Source: Octopus sinensis
Lineage: Eukaryota
NCBI RefSeq assembly: GCF_006345805.1
Contig: NC_043010.1
Coordinates: forward strand, 43,710,001-43,774,000
Direction of reading: 5' to 3'
Length of the DNA stretch: 64,000 bases
The notes under the pieces are model-generated. The model was not told the origin of the DNA and ran no database searches. It worked only from the letters and a program-made list of their open reading frames with translations. Shown piece after piece: positions 24,991-37,362 of the stretch. The position numbers and the translations under genes are program-made. Numbering within the stretch: position 1 is the first letter of the stretch; each line of letters begins with the position of its first letter.

Positions 24991-27420
24991 ACACTTCAAA
25001 GTATGTGTTTTACTGATAATAGAAAAAAAAACTGATTATTTTTTCATCTACTGAACATCTAGTTCTCAAAGAAAAATAGCACTGTCAAAACTACAATAAT
25101 TTACACCCTACAGATGCAAAAAATCTAAATAGTATAATCTAAAAAAAAAAAAGGTTTTGAGAGAAATAACTCAGAGTGGTCAGTGGCATGTATTTGAACA
25201 ACAAGGACAAATACAGGTATATCAAACACCATACAACATAGATTCTTGATTTATTAAAATTATCTTTGCCTTTAGAGGATGTGTCACAATTACCATAAGG
25301 CAATTTGAGCTAGCTCCTTATGACAGGGGAAGGTAATGTCAAGAATCAAGAATTCTCCAAAGTTGACATGTCATTAAAGAAAAGACATGCTTATTGTCTG
25401 GAGATAAGAGGACAGTCATGAACAGTAGGACAATGTAAAAATAGCTGTTTACAGTCTGTTTTTTTTTTCTTTCTTTCTTTCCTTTAGTGAAAGAAATTTT
25501 TTGCTATCAGCAGTGATAATAGCTTCCTGAATATGCTCTACTTTTCCTTATTCTATTTTGCTACAGATAACTCCAGCCCTGATTAGATCACCTTGGTAAA
25601 TAGAAGCTATTGTCCATATCATAAGGGACATCATCATCATCATTATCATGTTTTAATTTCAATTTTAACTTGCTGACAAGGAAAATGGATGGGTCTGCTG
25701 TTCAGTAAATAGCCACTGATCTTATTCTTTAGTGGTCTCTACTGTAAAGGTCAGCACCCCAAATTTTCATTGGTCTTTCTCTTCCTTGGCTACTTAAGAC
25801 TAACTTTTTTTCTCCTGTTATTCATTGTCCATTCACAATCAGTGCTCATAGTAATGCAGACTTTTCTTCTGTGCAGTTTGGCTGATACCTGTAATTGCCA
25901 GCAATTCCTCTCCAGCTCCACGTCTTTCAGTTCCCATATCACTATTACACATAACACTATTTGTGCGAGCTTCATACAAATGGCTCTTTGCATGAAGAGA
26001 GAAATCTTTAATTGCTGTTTAGCCCAGAACACTCTTAAATAAGTGAATGATCAAGGTTGTGCCAACCATGACCATTCCAGATTTTTTTTTTCTTGCCAAT
26101 GTATTTAGGACTACATTTTCCAAAAGTGTTTGTTTCTTGAAGATGGTAGATGTGATTTGAGGGGAATTTAACTGCTGTTTCTGGCAATCTGGGCAAATGC
26201 ATAAGGCTTGTTTTTTTTGCCAATAAAAAATACCCATAAGAACCAGCTCTTTAAATATCTTCCATACCTTCCATTCTTTGGCCATAGATACTCTACATGC
26301 AGTGGATAGTAATTGTCAGCCAACAGTTTAGCAATAAACTTCTATACTCTTTGTATTTCAGTTTCTGCACCACTTATATTTTACAAACCAAAATTCAAGT
26401 TTACTCCTTTTCTGAATTTCAGCATCAGCATGCATTCTTGTACCCATGATACTAAATTATACCAATTTTTTTTCATGAGAAGTTGTTTAGAGACTACTTT
26501 ACTTAGTTTAATAAATCTTAGTATAGCATGTATGTCAATTGAATTGCATTTAAAGTTTATTTATTGTTTTTGTTCTGGAAATGTATTCTCTATCTCAACT
26601 CACACAGTATGTAGCTGACATTTATTTTATCAAGCATCTAAGTATTGTATACAGTAAGTTCTTTATTATATTTATATAAGTTTGAAGCCATTTAAAACAA
26701 AGTTTGAACTCAGAGTGAAAAAACTTAAGATTTGAATTCAGAATGAAGAGCAAAGAAACTAAATAATGAAAGTCCTGTATTCATTTCCCTTCAACCATTC
26801 CACTCTTTTTCAGTGCTAAAAATTAAAACAATTATATTAGTTGGTTTTAGGTTTCAAAAGCCACAAATTAAGTGGTTATGTGTACTGAGTAATTGACCAT
26901 TGAGTAGGTCATAACTCAGTGCATTGCAACAACTTCTAGTCTGCTTTCCCAACAATTACCATCTTTATTAATAAGGACCAAATAGTCAACAGTTAAAGAT
27001 AATTTCTTGAACAAATATCATCCCACTCACGCTGGTAATGGAAAATTGATGTATGATAGTGAAAAATATAATGAATTAGGCTTTGATTTGGCTGACTAGT
27101 TGAGATCTTTGATTACTAACTTAACGTTTGTGTATTTTGTCTCTTAATATTTTTCCTTCAAACAATGTGATCATAATATAGTCATTTCTAAACATTTATT
27201 GTCACTCCTTTCCTTTATTAATATAAAAGGAATGGGAGGCACTTAAGATAAGGGAAATAACCATGTAATATCACAGCTATTTTCAATATTTAGTCTGAAA
27301 CTGACATAATTATTCATCAATTTAAAAACCAAGAGTGTATTTTAGTTAATTGAATTTACCCTGCCTCTGTTTGTTTATGTTAATATGGATCAGATATTTC
27401 TTTAAGTTAAATCAAAACAA

Positions 27421-27900
27421 ATCAAAATAGATGAACATCAATGGAATTTGTATCTTTGTGGTACCAGTGCCGGTGGCACACAAGAAAACCATCCGAACGT
27501 GGCCGTAGCCAGTACCACATCAACTGGCCTCCGTGCTGTGGGCACGTAACAAACACCATCCGATCGTGGCCGTTCGCCTGTGTCGGTGGCACATAAAAAC
27601 ACCATCCGAGCGTGGCCGTCTGCCAGCCTCGTCTGGCACCTGTGTCGGTGGCACATAAAAAACACCATCCGAGCGTGGCCGTTCGCCAGCCTCGTCTGGC
27701 ACCTGTGTCGGTGGCACATAAAATCACCCACTACACTCTCGGAGTGGTTGGCGTTAGGAAGGGCATCGAGCTGTAGAAACACTGCCAGATCTGACTGGCC
27801 TGGTGCAGCCTTCGGGCTCCCCAGACCCCGATTGAACCGTCCAACCCATGCTAGCATGGAAAGCGGACGTTAAATGATGATGATGATGATGATGATGATG
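27421..27900 (+). mobile_element. RTE 3' UTR/tail copy with ~4 units of the 61-bp repeat and (GAT)n tail
   Basis: Repeat units, then CCCACTACACTCTCGGAGTGGTTGGCGTTAGGAAGGGCATC...CCCATGCTAGCATGGAAAGCGGACGTTAAA(TGA)n. Confidence 0.9.
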
Positions 27901-29095
27901 TATACAAAATGGGAGGTATACAGCATACATTTATCATATTAATAATACTTAATAAAATAGCATTCTTATTTTGGTATTCTGAGTATATATTTATGTATAT
28001 AAGAAAAGAGGTGACAAAGTAATAACTGATTATCTTATGAACTTCATTAGCTTACAGCTGTTTCCTGGTTATTCCTTTGTCATCTCTTTTCTTATTACCA
28101 TTCTGTACCTGACTAACACTTCATCCAGAAGTATATGTATATCGAGTTCTATGCCAGGTTATTTCCAAATTTTTGTACTGAGACAGTGTCTGCTATTTGT
28201 TTAGAGATATCTTGCTATTTGCTTAGATTGAGATGTCTATCAGGAATTTTTTTTTAACAATATTATTTTTTTATTGTTTGTCTGCAAGAACCAGAACCTT
28301 CTAGAATGTTGTTGCTCTCATTTCAGAGACTTGTTGTGGTTTATGTCTATGCCATCTTTCTCCACTTGTGATTTTGTAATATTCTCAGAGTACCTAGTTC
28401 AAGTATTCTCTAATTTTGCTATGGCTGCATACACACATATACATATGTATGAGTACATGTTTGTGAAGAAATTTCTTCATCATTCTTGCTTTTTCTTTTA
28501 TTTTGTGTGTGTGTGTGTTACTGCATCATGTTGCTGTACTAAGTCTTAGGTTTTGGCTCTGTTCCCACAGCTTTTAACTATGTAACTTTGTATTTCTAGA
28601 GGTGTATGCTGATAAATGGGTAGCTGTATTAATGTGTTGTTTATTTTAATCTTATTATAAGGAAGGGCCTATAGTTTTTTTCAAGGTTTCCTGAGTGTTT
28701 TGGCAAAGTGTCTGTTTTGTAATTCTTTTTTTTTTATTACTTATAGACTGATTTTGGTTCACACATTGTTGTGTCCATGCCTAACATTCTTGCTACATCT
28801 GTCTCTCTAAATCTTTGTACTTTAAATGCTTTTTTTTCTCCCATTTCTTTGATTGATATGTGTCTAGCCATAGAGCAAAACAGATCAATCAGTTCACATT
28901 TCATTTTTGTGGCCTTTTATGACTCAGCTCATTTAATCAATTAATTGTCAGTATGCACAGCCATGTCATACAGTATTATTACTCCATCTTTTACTATGGT
29001 TTGGTGATTATGTTGGTTCTAGTCTTTGTCTTAAAGTGAACACCTTGTGAGTGTTTTATCAAATACTCCAGTTACTAAATATATATCACTCACAT

Positions 29096-29277
29096 TATCA
29101 TCATCATCATCATCATTTAACGTCCGTTTTTCATGCTAGCATGGGTTGGACGGTTTTGACTGAGGGCTGGCAACCGGATGACTGCACCAGGCTCCAGTCT
29201 TGATCTGGCAGAGTCTCTACAGCTGGATGCCCTTCCTAATGCCAACCACTCCGAGAATGTAGTGGATGCTTTTTACG
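29096..29277 (-). mobile_element. 5'-truncated RTE tail
   Basis: (CAT)n TTTAACGTCCG...CTGGATGCCCTTCCTAATGCCAACCACTCC. Confidence 0.85.
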
Positions 29278-29304
29278 TTAATTCTTTTTGCTATAATAGG
29301 CATA

Positions 29305-29735
29305 GAAATGACTGTGTGGTTAAGAAGTTCTCTTTGCAACTAAATGGTTTCAGATTTGGCCTCATTGCACAGCATCTTGGGCAAGTGTCTTCTACTATAG
29401 CACCAGACTAATCAAAAGTTTGTGAGTGGATTTAGTAAACAGAAACTGAAAGAAACTTGTTACATATATGTATACATGTATGTGTACCCTTGTCTTGACA
29501 ATGCACATTAAATGTAGATAAATGTCACCAGCATACAAGCAGTGTCATCTGTTTGGAATCTTCAGTGAAAACATACCTAGCCATCATGTTGTATATGTTT
29601 GAAGAATTAGAGGGAAATATTCTCTTGCTTGGAAACAGGTGAGGGTTGATAACAGGAAGAGTGTCTAGCTACAGGAAAATCTGCCTTGACAAATTTCATC
29701 TAACTTGTGCAAGCATCGAAAAGTGTACATTAAAA
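29305..29735 (+). mobile_element. tRNA-derived SINE with RTE-like 3' tail
   Basis: Head GTGTGGTTAAGAAG...CTTGGGCAAGTGTCTTCTACTATAGC. Tail GGTTGATAACAGGAAGAG...TGCAAGCATCGAAAAGTGTACATTAAAATGATGAT. Confidence 0.7.
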
Positions 29736-30371
29736 TGATGATAATTTGTAAATATAGGTGTGGAGGTATTAATTCAAAGCTATAACTATAAACCCTTCCA
29801 GTGTACTTTTCAGCTTCTTGCTACTTTATGTATTGGTGTATTCTTTGTATGTATATTACGATATATTTCAGTCTTAAATCTTTTTACTTCATCATTATAG
29901 AATATACTCTTTTTCTTATGGTTATTGTTGTTTTTTTTTTTCACTTGTTGAGTCTGGAAGAAGGGACAGTCCCCTAAAAGAGGCTGCTGAGCTTTGTGTA
30001 AACTGTTCAATTCAATACCTGCAGGGAGAAGATTCCAGAAGGCTGATGTTCTAGGGATGTAAGACTGAGTATAGTGGTTAGTATAGGGTGGAGAATACAA
30101 TAAGAATGATGAGAAGTGGAAGGACAAGTGAGCCAGGAGTGCTTGAGTGACAGAGCTACAACAGCAGCCATCTCTGATGAACAGAGGCTTTTATTGTAGC
30201 AATAGGTAAGACAGAGAGGAAACAGCATACCTATGGGCTAGAGACTGGAGTATGTCTGTGAGTGCTGCTTCCAAATGTTTTTCTTCAATGTATATATTGT
30301 AAGGTACCTTTCACACTGAAGTTGTCTCTGGTTAGAATCAAATCAACATAAATCCTGCTGTAGTTATTTTA

Positions 30372-30722
30372 CTATCATCATCATTCGCTTTCCATGCTGG
30401 CATGGGTTGGATGGTTTGACTGGGGACTGGTGAGCCAGATGGCTGCACCAGGCTCCAATCTGATCTGGCAGAGTTTCTACAGCCGGATGCCCTTCCTAGC
30501 GCCAACCACTCTGAGAGTGTAGTGGGTGCTTTTACGTGCCACTGGCACAAGGGCCAGTCAGGCGGTACTGGCAATGGCCATGTTCAAATGGTGTTTTTAA
30601 GTGGCACTGGCAATGCTCTCACTCAAATGTTGTTTTTCACGTACCACCGGCACAAGTGCCAATAAGGCGACACTGGTTATGATCACGCTCGAATGGTGCT
30701 TTTTACGTGCCACCGGCACAGA
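30372..30722 (-). mobile_element. RTE 3' UTR/tail copy with degenerate repeat units
   Basis: Same blocks as 34245-34600. Confidence 0.85.
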
Positions 30723-31011
30723 GGAATGTGGTCAGAAATTTCCTTTTAGCAGCTAAAGGTTATTCATAGTCTTAGTGAGTTTTATTTTCTGCCGTTAACA
30801 ATGTTGTGTCATTCATTCATCTGCTCTCCCTCTCTTCCTTCTGATAGTTGGTGTGTTATCATCCTCTTTTTTCCCTATCTTTCTTCAAAAGTAGAGTTAA
30901 TTAGTTCTTCAATGATAAGCAAGCAAGCAAAAACTAAAAGCATTCTATAGTGTGTATATTTAGAAGGGTTCCTTCTGTCATTAGCAAATCTGTTTTAATA
31001 TTTATTAACAC

Positions 31012-31232
31012 TAAGGTGGCAAGCTAGTAGAATCATTAGCATGCTAGGCAAAAATGTTTAGCAGCATTTCGTCCATCTTTGTGTTCTGAGTTCAAATTCC
31101 ACTGAGGCTGGCTTTGCCTTTCATCCTTTCAGAGTTGATAAATAAGTGCCAGTTGAACACTGGGATCAATGTAATGACTTACCCCCTCCCCTGATGTTGC
31201 TGGCCATGTGCTAAAATTTGAAATCAGTATTA
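31012..31232 (+). mobile_element. tRNA-derived SINE (GGTGGCAAGCTGGCAGAATC..TTAGCA family)
   Basis: The family recurs at 37363-37583 (-), 59572-59762, 61380-61592, 63760-63875 and 63901-64000 (+). It has a B-box-like GAGTTCAAATTCC. Confidence 0.8.
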
Positions 31233-32817
31233 ATGCTTTATGGTCAATTATATCCAAACCATGTCAACAATAAACAAGTTTAAAGAACTTAGGTTCTTCA
31301 AAGTTTTTTTACTGTTGACATCAGATATAAGGTTATTTGATAAAATAAAATGGAATAGACAAGTGAATAAATGTGTTTATTTCTTACCAGACTAAAATTT
31401 AAATGCTAATTTACCAGTGAAGTTTGACCTGGTTTGGACCAAATCAATATCTTTCATACAATATTAGTCAATGTCTGTTGCATTTCATTTTATCTTTTAA
31501 CTTTATATCTAGTGCTAAGTAGATATAACTTTGAAGAACTTTGATTTAAATTTGCTAATGATATAGGTGTAATTGTACATAAAGCTTTACTTGTTTGTAT
31601 ATGACAGAAACAATCATACAGTATAGAATGTTTAATTTTATGCTTAAGATTGAAACCTCAATTACTTAACTTCTAATAAAGAAAGGAAGGTCCTGACATC
31701 TCGTCACCATTATTTTATGTCACTTTCCTGCTCTGCTATAATGTGAGTAGCCATGTAGTTCCTCAACAGCAAGAAGTCTGTTCTATTTTGGACCCTTCTT
31801 GTATACGTTAACCTTTCATTTCCTAGTATAAAACTGTATACCAACCATATAGTGTGGATGTCACAAAGAAAAAATGCACCCAGTAAACTCTGTAAAGTGG
31901 ATGGTGTTAGGAAGGGCACCAGACTACAAGAACCATACCAAAACAACTGAAGTACAATGCAGTCCTCAGATCCTTCAGATCTTGCCAAAATATCCAACTC
32001 CTGCCTAAATCAAAAATGGACAATAACAGATGATAACAATACTTAAATTGTTCTATAATTGCATATCTGACTCCTAATTCTTTCACCATGTAAAAATTGG
32101 TAAAAATTTGATTTCAAGATGTGTCTCTATTTATGGTGAGGTGTTTCTTTGCATTGGTATCTAATCATAAAATTTGATTCATTTTAAAATTCATGATGTT
32201 AAAGTTATATAATATAAGCCCTCTGAGAGAGATTGTTGCTTGCATTTTATTCTTGGCATTTAGTGAGACCTGATATTTAGAGAAGCTATGAAAGCTTTAC
32301 GTGAATGTTGTTCATGTTCAAGGGTAATGTGAGGCAATGATGTTTTCTTGATGTGAGTCATATTTGTGGTGGGGGTTCAGTGTTTAAAAGATAAGATGGG
32401 TATGGCCTCCACAGGATGCTTTTATGGTCTCTATGGAATCAGTACAAATTTGGTGTTTGGTACCTAAGCTGGATGTGGATGATACACAACTGGAGAAGAT
32501 TAGGAATAGCGAATCATACCATCTAGGTTAGAATGGATATTGTTGGATGTGATGACGAGCAGGTCATTGATGTATAAGATGTTTTTGAGATCTCAACTCA
32601 AGGACATACAATTATTTCTGGTAGTAACTCATAAGACAGTGATCTACCTCTACCATTATGCTTTGTAAAGTGATCTCTAGGAGGTGGAATTTTACATTGT
32701 CTGCTAGTAAACTGTATTGTGATACTCATTTAGTGAGGGCTTTCACATGGACACATATAACAGGGCTACCTTGGATTTATATGTACTAACTGCATGTTGA
32801 CCCTCTTCTCATTCCAG

Positions 32818-32980
32818 AATGTCAAAAAGTCATATGAGAACCTTGAGACATTAGTGCCGTTGCCGTGGGAAGCTGTTTACTCCAGTGAACTTGAGAAAGA
32901 GTGGCTAAACAGTGAAACCTCTTTAAACAGCAGCAGCACTGTACAATTACCAGAAGGCAAGGAACTACATTTAAAATCAC
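32818..32980 (+). CDS. KIAA0232: KIAA0232-like coding exon 5 (NVKKSYENLETLVPLPWEAVYSSELEKEWL...HLKS)
   Basis: Perfect TACTAAC branch point (32784-32790), pyrimidine tract, ccAG|A acceptor and C|GTGAGT donor. 163 nt, phase 0 to 1, which supplies the phase needed between exons 4 and 6. Confidence 0.85.
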
Positions 32981-33360
32981 GTGAGTCATCTTTGAAGTAA
33001 CATGTATTTATGCATGGTGGCTGTATAATTCTGCTTGTTTTATTTTTATCTCATTGCTGTCTTATTCTATACCTATTATATGAAAAATATCTCTAGTATA
33101 TGAATATGTGTGTCTATCAACTTGGTCCACCCATATGGTACATTGGTGTAGAAGTTTGTCATGGATGAGGATTGCCTAGATGTATAAATATTTTCTTGAT
33201 CTTAAAGTACTACATATATTTCCAACAAGAAAAAAATCTTTGAGAAATATTCAATGATTATGTGTTGAATGAAAACTAAATAAATTTCCTATGTAAATAT
33301 GTATATATAAGAAAAATAACAAGAAAGGGTTGAAAATGCATAAACATTTTTATACATGCA

Positions 33361-33517
33361 AGAGTGGCTGTATTGGTGCAAAAGCGGCTGTGTGGTAAGA
33401 AGCTTGCTTTCCATCCACATGGTTCCAGGTTCAGTCCCACTGCATGGTACCCTGGGCAAGTGTCTTCTATAGCCTCAGGCCAACCAAAGCCTTGTGAGTG
33501 GATTTGGTAGACGGAAA
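33361..33517 (+). mobile_element. tRNA-derived SINE head (GGCTGTGTGGTAAGAAGCTTGC..GGTTCAGTCCCACTGC..CCTGGGCAAGTGTCTTC)
   Basis: The same family occurs at 29305, 33895-34045 (-), 41340-41665 (-) and 19140-19260 (-). Confidence 0.8.
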
Positions 33518-33855
33518 CCTCATGTCTCCTTACAGACCAAGCAGAAATTGGTACAGCTAAGTTGGGATGTTTTACCATACCTATTGCACTCATATGACCT
33601 TGCATCTTTGGATTACCATTTATTTCAATCCCTACAAAATTCTCTTAATGAGAAGAACTTCAATTCTTTGAAAGACTGTAAAAATCCATTTAAACCGCAA
33701 GTTCTGGGAGGATGGGATCATGAAGTTGCCTCAAAGATGGCAAAAGGTAGTGGGACAAAATGGGATATATGTGGTTGAATAAAGGGATGTAGAAATATCT
33801 AAAGAATGTTTTTGAGTTTTATGTAAAATACATTACAAACTTTTTTCCATCCCAA
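33518..33855 (+). mobile_element. 3' fragment of a second mariner family (transposase C-terminus plus degenerate right TIR)
   Basis: PHVSLQTKQKLVQLSWDVLPYLLHSYDLASLDYHLFQSLQNSLN...KFWEDGIMKLPQRWQKVVGQNGIYVVE* matches the mariner YSPDLAPSDYHLF region. It ends ...CCATCCCAA followed by TA. Confidence 0.85.
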
Positions 33856-34204
33856 TATATGTATATATATGTGTGTGTCTATATATTATTGGGCTCTTTC
33901 ATTTTCCAACTACCAAATCCACTGACATGGCTTTGGTCAGGCAGAGGCTATAATACAAGACAACCATCCAAGGCGTCATGCAGTGGGACTGAACCAAGAA
34001 TCATGTGATTGAGAAATAGATTTCTTAACCACATAGCCATTCCTGCATATGCACACATATATAAAGTAAACTGAAGCTATAGTGCTAGTATTGAGGCCAC
34101 ATATATAGTTGAAGAATATCTGCAAGTTTTAATCTATTGAAGTGCTACAAGTGTTAAGATTCTGTGAGGATCATCCAACCCATGTCAGTGAAATGATGAT
34201 GATG

Positions 34205-34244
<40 letters not shown>

Positions 34245-34250
<6 letters not shown>

Positions 34251-35610
34251 CATCATCATCATCATTTAGCGTCCGTTTTCCATGCTAGCATGGGTTGGAC
34301 GGTTCTACTGGGGTCTGTGAAGCCAGAAGGCTTCATCAGGCCCAGTCAAATCTGGCAGTGTTTCTACGGCTGGATGCCCTTCCTAACGCCAACCACTCCG
34401 TGAGTGTAGTGGGTGCTTTTTACGTGCCACCCGCACTGGTGCCAGACAGAGCTGGCAAACGGCCACGAACGGATGGTGCTTTTTATGTGCCACCGGCACG
34501 AGGGCCAGGCGAGGCTGGCAACGGACACGAAACGGGGCGGTGCTGGCAACGGTCGCGAAACGGAAAGTTCTCTTACATGCCACCGGCACTGGTAACACAT
34601 CTGCAATTTCCATTGATCGATTTCCATTGATCGATTTCGATTCTGATCCTCACTTGCCTCAATGGGTCTTCACAAGCAGAGTTTCGACATGCCACCGGCA
34701 CTGGTAGCACATCCGCAATTTCCATTGATCGATTTCGATTCTGATCCTCACTTGCCTCAACACGTCTTCACAAGTAGAGTTTTGTGTCCCAAGAAGGGAA
34801 GGTATGCATACGTAGGCTGGCTCCATCCCATGTAGAAGGCCATGGGTTGTGGACTCACTTGTGCTGCCGGGTCTTCTCGCGCACAGCACACTTCCAGAGG
34901 TCTCGGTCTCTAGTCATTTCCTCAGTGAGACCTAAAGTTCGAAGGTCGTGCTTCACCACCTCGTCCCAGGTTTTTCTGGGTTTGCCTCTTCCACAGGTTC
35001 CCTCAACCGCTAGGGTGTGGCACTTTTTCACACAACTATCTTCATCCATTCTCGCCACATGACCATACCAGCGCAAACGTCTCTCTTGCACACCACAACT
35101 GATGCTTCTTAGGTCCAGCTTTTCTCTCAAGGTACTTACACTCTGCCGAGTGTGAGTACCGGCATTACACATCCATCGGAGCATACTGGCTTCATTTCTA
35201 GCGAGCTTACGCATATCCTCAGCAGTCACGGCCCATGTTTCACTGCCATGTAGCATGGCTGTTCGTACACACGCATCATACAGTCTGCCTTTCACTCTGT
35301 GCGAGAGGCCTTTTGTCACCAGCAGAGGTAAGAGCTCTCTGAACTTTGCCCAAGCTATTCTTACTCTAGCAGTTACACTTTCAGCACACCCGCCCCCGCT
35401 GCTGACTTGGTCACCTAGGTAACGGAAACTATCAACTATTTCTAGTTTTTCTCCCTGGAAAGTGACGGAAGTTGGTCTCAGAGCATTTTCAGTGTTTATT
35501 GTTCCTGAGCATCTGCCACATACAAAAACCATCTTCCTAGTTAGCCTTCCTTTGACATTGCTGCATCTCTTATGTGTCCATAGCTTACACTTGGTGCATC
35601 TTATAGAGTT
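34245..35610 (-). mobile_element. 5'-truncated RTE LINE: RT C-terminal ORF (34855-35610), 3' UTR with tandem units, (GAT)n tail
   Basis: Uninterrupted ~250-aa frame with FRYLGDQVSSGGGC, RLYDACVRTAMLHGSETW, RLRWYGHV, GRGKPRKTW (RTE-type). The 3' UTR and tail are contiguous on the minus strand. Confidence 0.93.
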
Positions 35611-35843
35611 AACATACACTTTTATTAAAGCTGAAAAATTCTTCACAGACTGTTAGTCATTTTCATGCTACCATTCATCAGACAGTTGTGATCAGATGGT
35701 ATGATCACAACATGAAACTCTTGAGTAACATTTTGTGAAGAATTTTCCAGCTTAAATAAAATCATATTACTCTACCTTCAATATCCAAGTACTATTGTTT
35801 TTCCGCCTTGTTTTGCATGTATGTGCTTACTCATGTATGTATG

Positions 35844-35875
<32 letters not shown>

Positions 35876-35939
35876 ATATATATATTCATATTTGTATGTT
35901 GGTATTTTTATATTTTGTTTGCCTTCCCTTTATTTTTAG

Positions 35940-36096
35940 GGTCCATAAAGAAACCTTGCAGCTTTTTCCTGGAGGGAAACTGCCGGCGCACTGAATGCAA
36001 GTTCTCCCATGATATTTCTACCATCACCTGCAGGTTTTGGGAGGATGGTGAATGTTTTAAAGGGGACACTTGTCCATTTCTACATGGCTATTATGC
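35940..36096 (+). CDS. KIAA0232: KIAA0232-like coding exon 6: tandem CCCH zinc fingers (C-x7-C-x4-C-x3-H, C-x7-C-x5-C-x3-H)
   Basis: KKPCSFFLEGNCRRTECKFSHDISTITCRFWEDGECFKGDTCPFLHGYY. Acceptor tatttttAG|G and donor GC|GTGAGT; 157 nt, phase 1 to 2. Confidence 0.9.
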
Positions 36097-36617
36097 GTGA
36101 GTTATTCTTATGAGTTCCATCTATGTTATCAATGTGGTACTTGGTGTGATGTGATACCCTGAACATAACCGAAAATCGTTATCGCCTGCAACTTATGTCT
36201 CAACACAAAACTAATGAGGAAGTTTCTACATAATTGCTTGACATACTAGATGTAGCAGCTACATTTTCTCAAATAATACTCTACTGAAAGACACATGAGA
36301 TAATATTGTCTTTGATGCTGTGTCTGAAAAAAAAGAAAAGACTGTCAGTTGGAGCTAACCAGTATCAAACCATAAGCACAAATTTCTCTCACAAGTTAAG
36401 CTGATGAGCTTATAAAGAAATTAAAGGACTTTCTTTCAAGAGTGACTTGAAAACATTTGACTTGGTTAGCAGTGAATTATAAAAACAAAAAATTGTAAAT
36501 TAATTGAAAATTTTAAACTTCATTTTTTGTGATGTATTATGAAATGTTGAACTGCATTTTATTGAAATAATCACTAAATTCTCCTTCATTTGCTCTCAAA
36601 TCGTTTATCCATTGCAG

Positions 36618-36744
36618 TACTGCTACTGTAACAGCTTCAGCCACTACTGCAGTAGACAAGTATGAAAGCGCAGCAGTTGGTAGTAGTTCTGAAATTGCTT
36701 CTTCTAGTACCATAAAGGAACTCTCTTTCCTACCTCAGTCTAAA
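36618..36744 (+). CDS. KIAA0232: KIAA0232-like coding exon 7 (Ala/Ser/Thr-rich)
   Basis: Acceptor ccattgcAG|T and donor AAA|GTAAGT; 127 nt, phase 2 to 0, open in the required frame. Confidence 0.75.
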
Positions 36745-37362
36745 GTAAGTAGTCTTGTAGTTTTTTTCTACTTGTTTCCTTTCAGAGACTGAACCAGCTG
36801 CCTTCCTCCTTCAGCAGCAACTCTACATACATAGCTTACATATCACGGTCCAATGTAATTTGATAAAAATATTCTCTATGGCCCAAGGAAATTTATGGAC
36901 TAGTATCTGATACTGACTTCTTGGTGTTGCACAGATGAGAGATAAATCTCCTCTAGATAAGTTGCTAGTCTATTTTAGCTAACATTGCCTGAGAATCTGA
37001 TCTATAGCCAAAATAGATAAATGTTGGAAAACATTTTTGGTTATCCAATGTTAAGCTCACATGAACTTATGCTGTTGGCCTTAAGATTTCTTTAGTAAAT
37101 TATAAGAGGTACTCTAGCAAAGATGAAATAAGCTAAATCAAGCCAGCGAGGAAGCTTCTTGTTAGCACTTGGGCTGGTAAAAATAGCTTCTAAATCTGAA
37201 ATTAACATATTGGCCAATGTAATCTTAGAAACAACATGTATGAAAGAAAAAGAAGATGGTCCCAGCAAGAATGTTTTTAAACTGTTTTAAATATACAACT
37301 GAAATACACAACAAAACTTATCAGTGTATGTGTGTGTGTGTGTCTGTTTCTAGTTTAGTTTA

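Noticed and set aside
25770-26320. Cluster of 60-90 aa ORFs possibly from an old transposase
   Set aside because: I could not identify any diagnostic catalytic motif.
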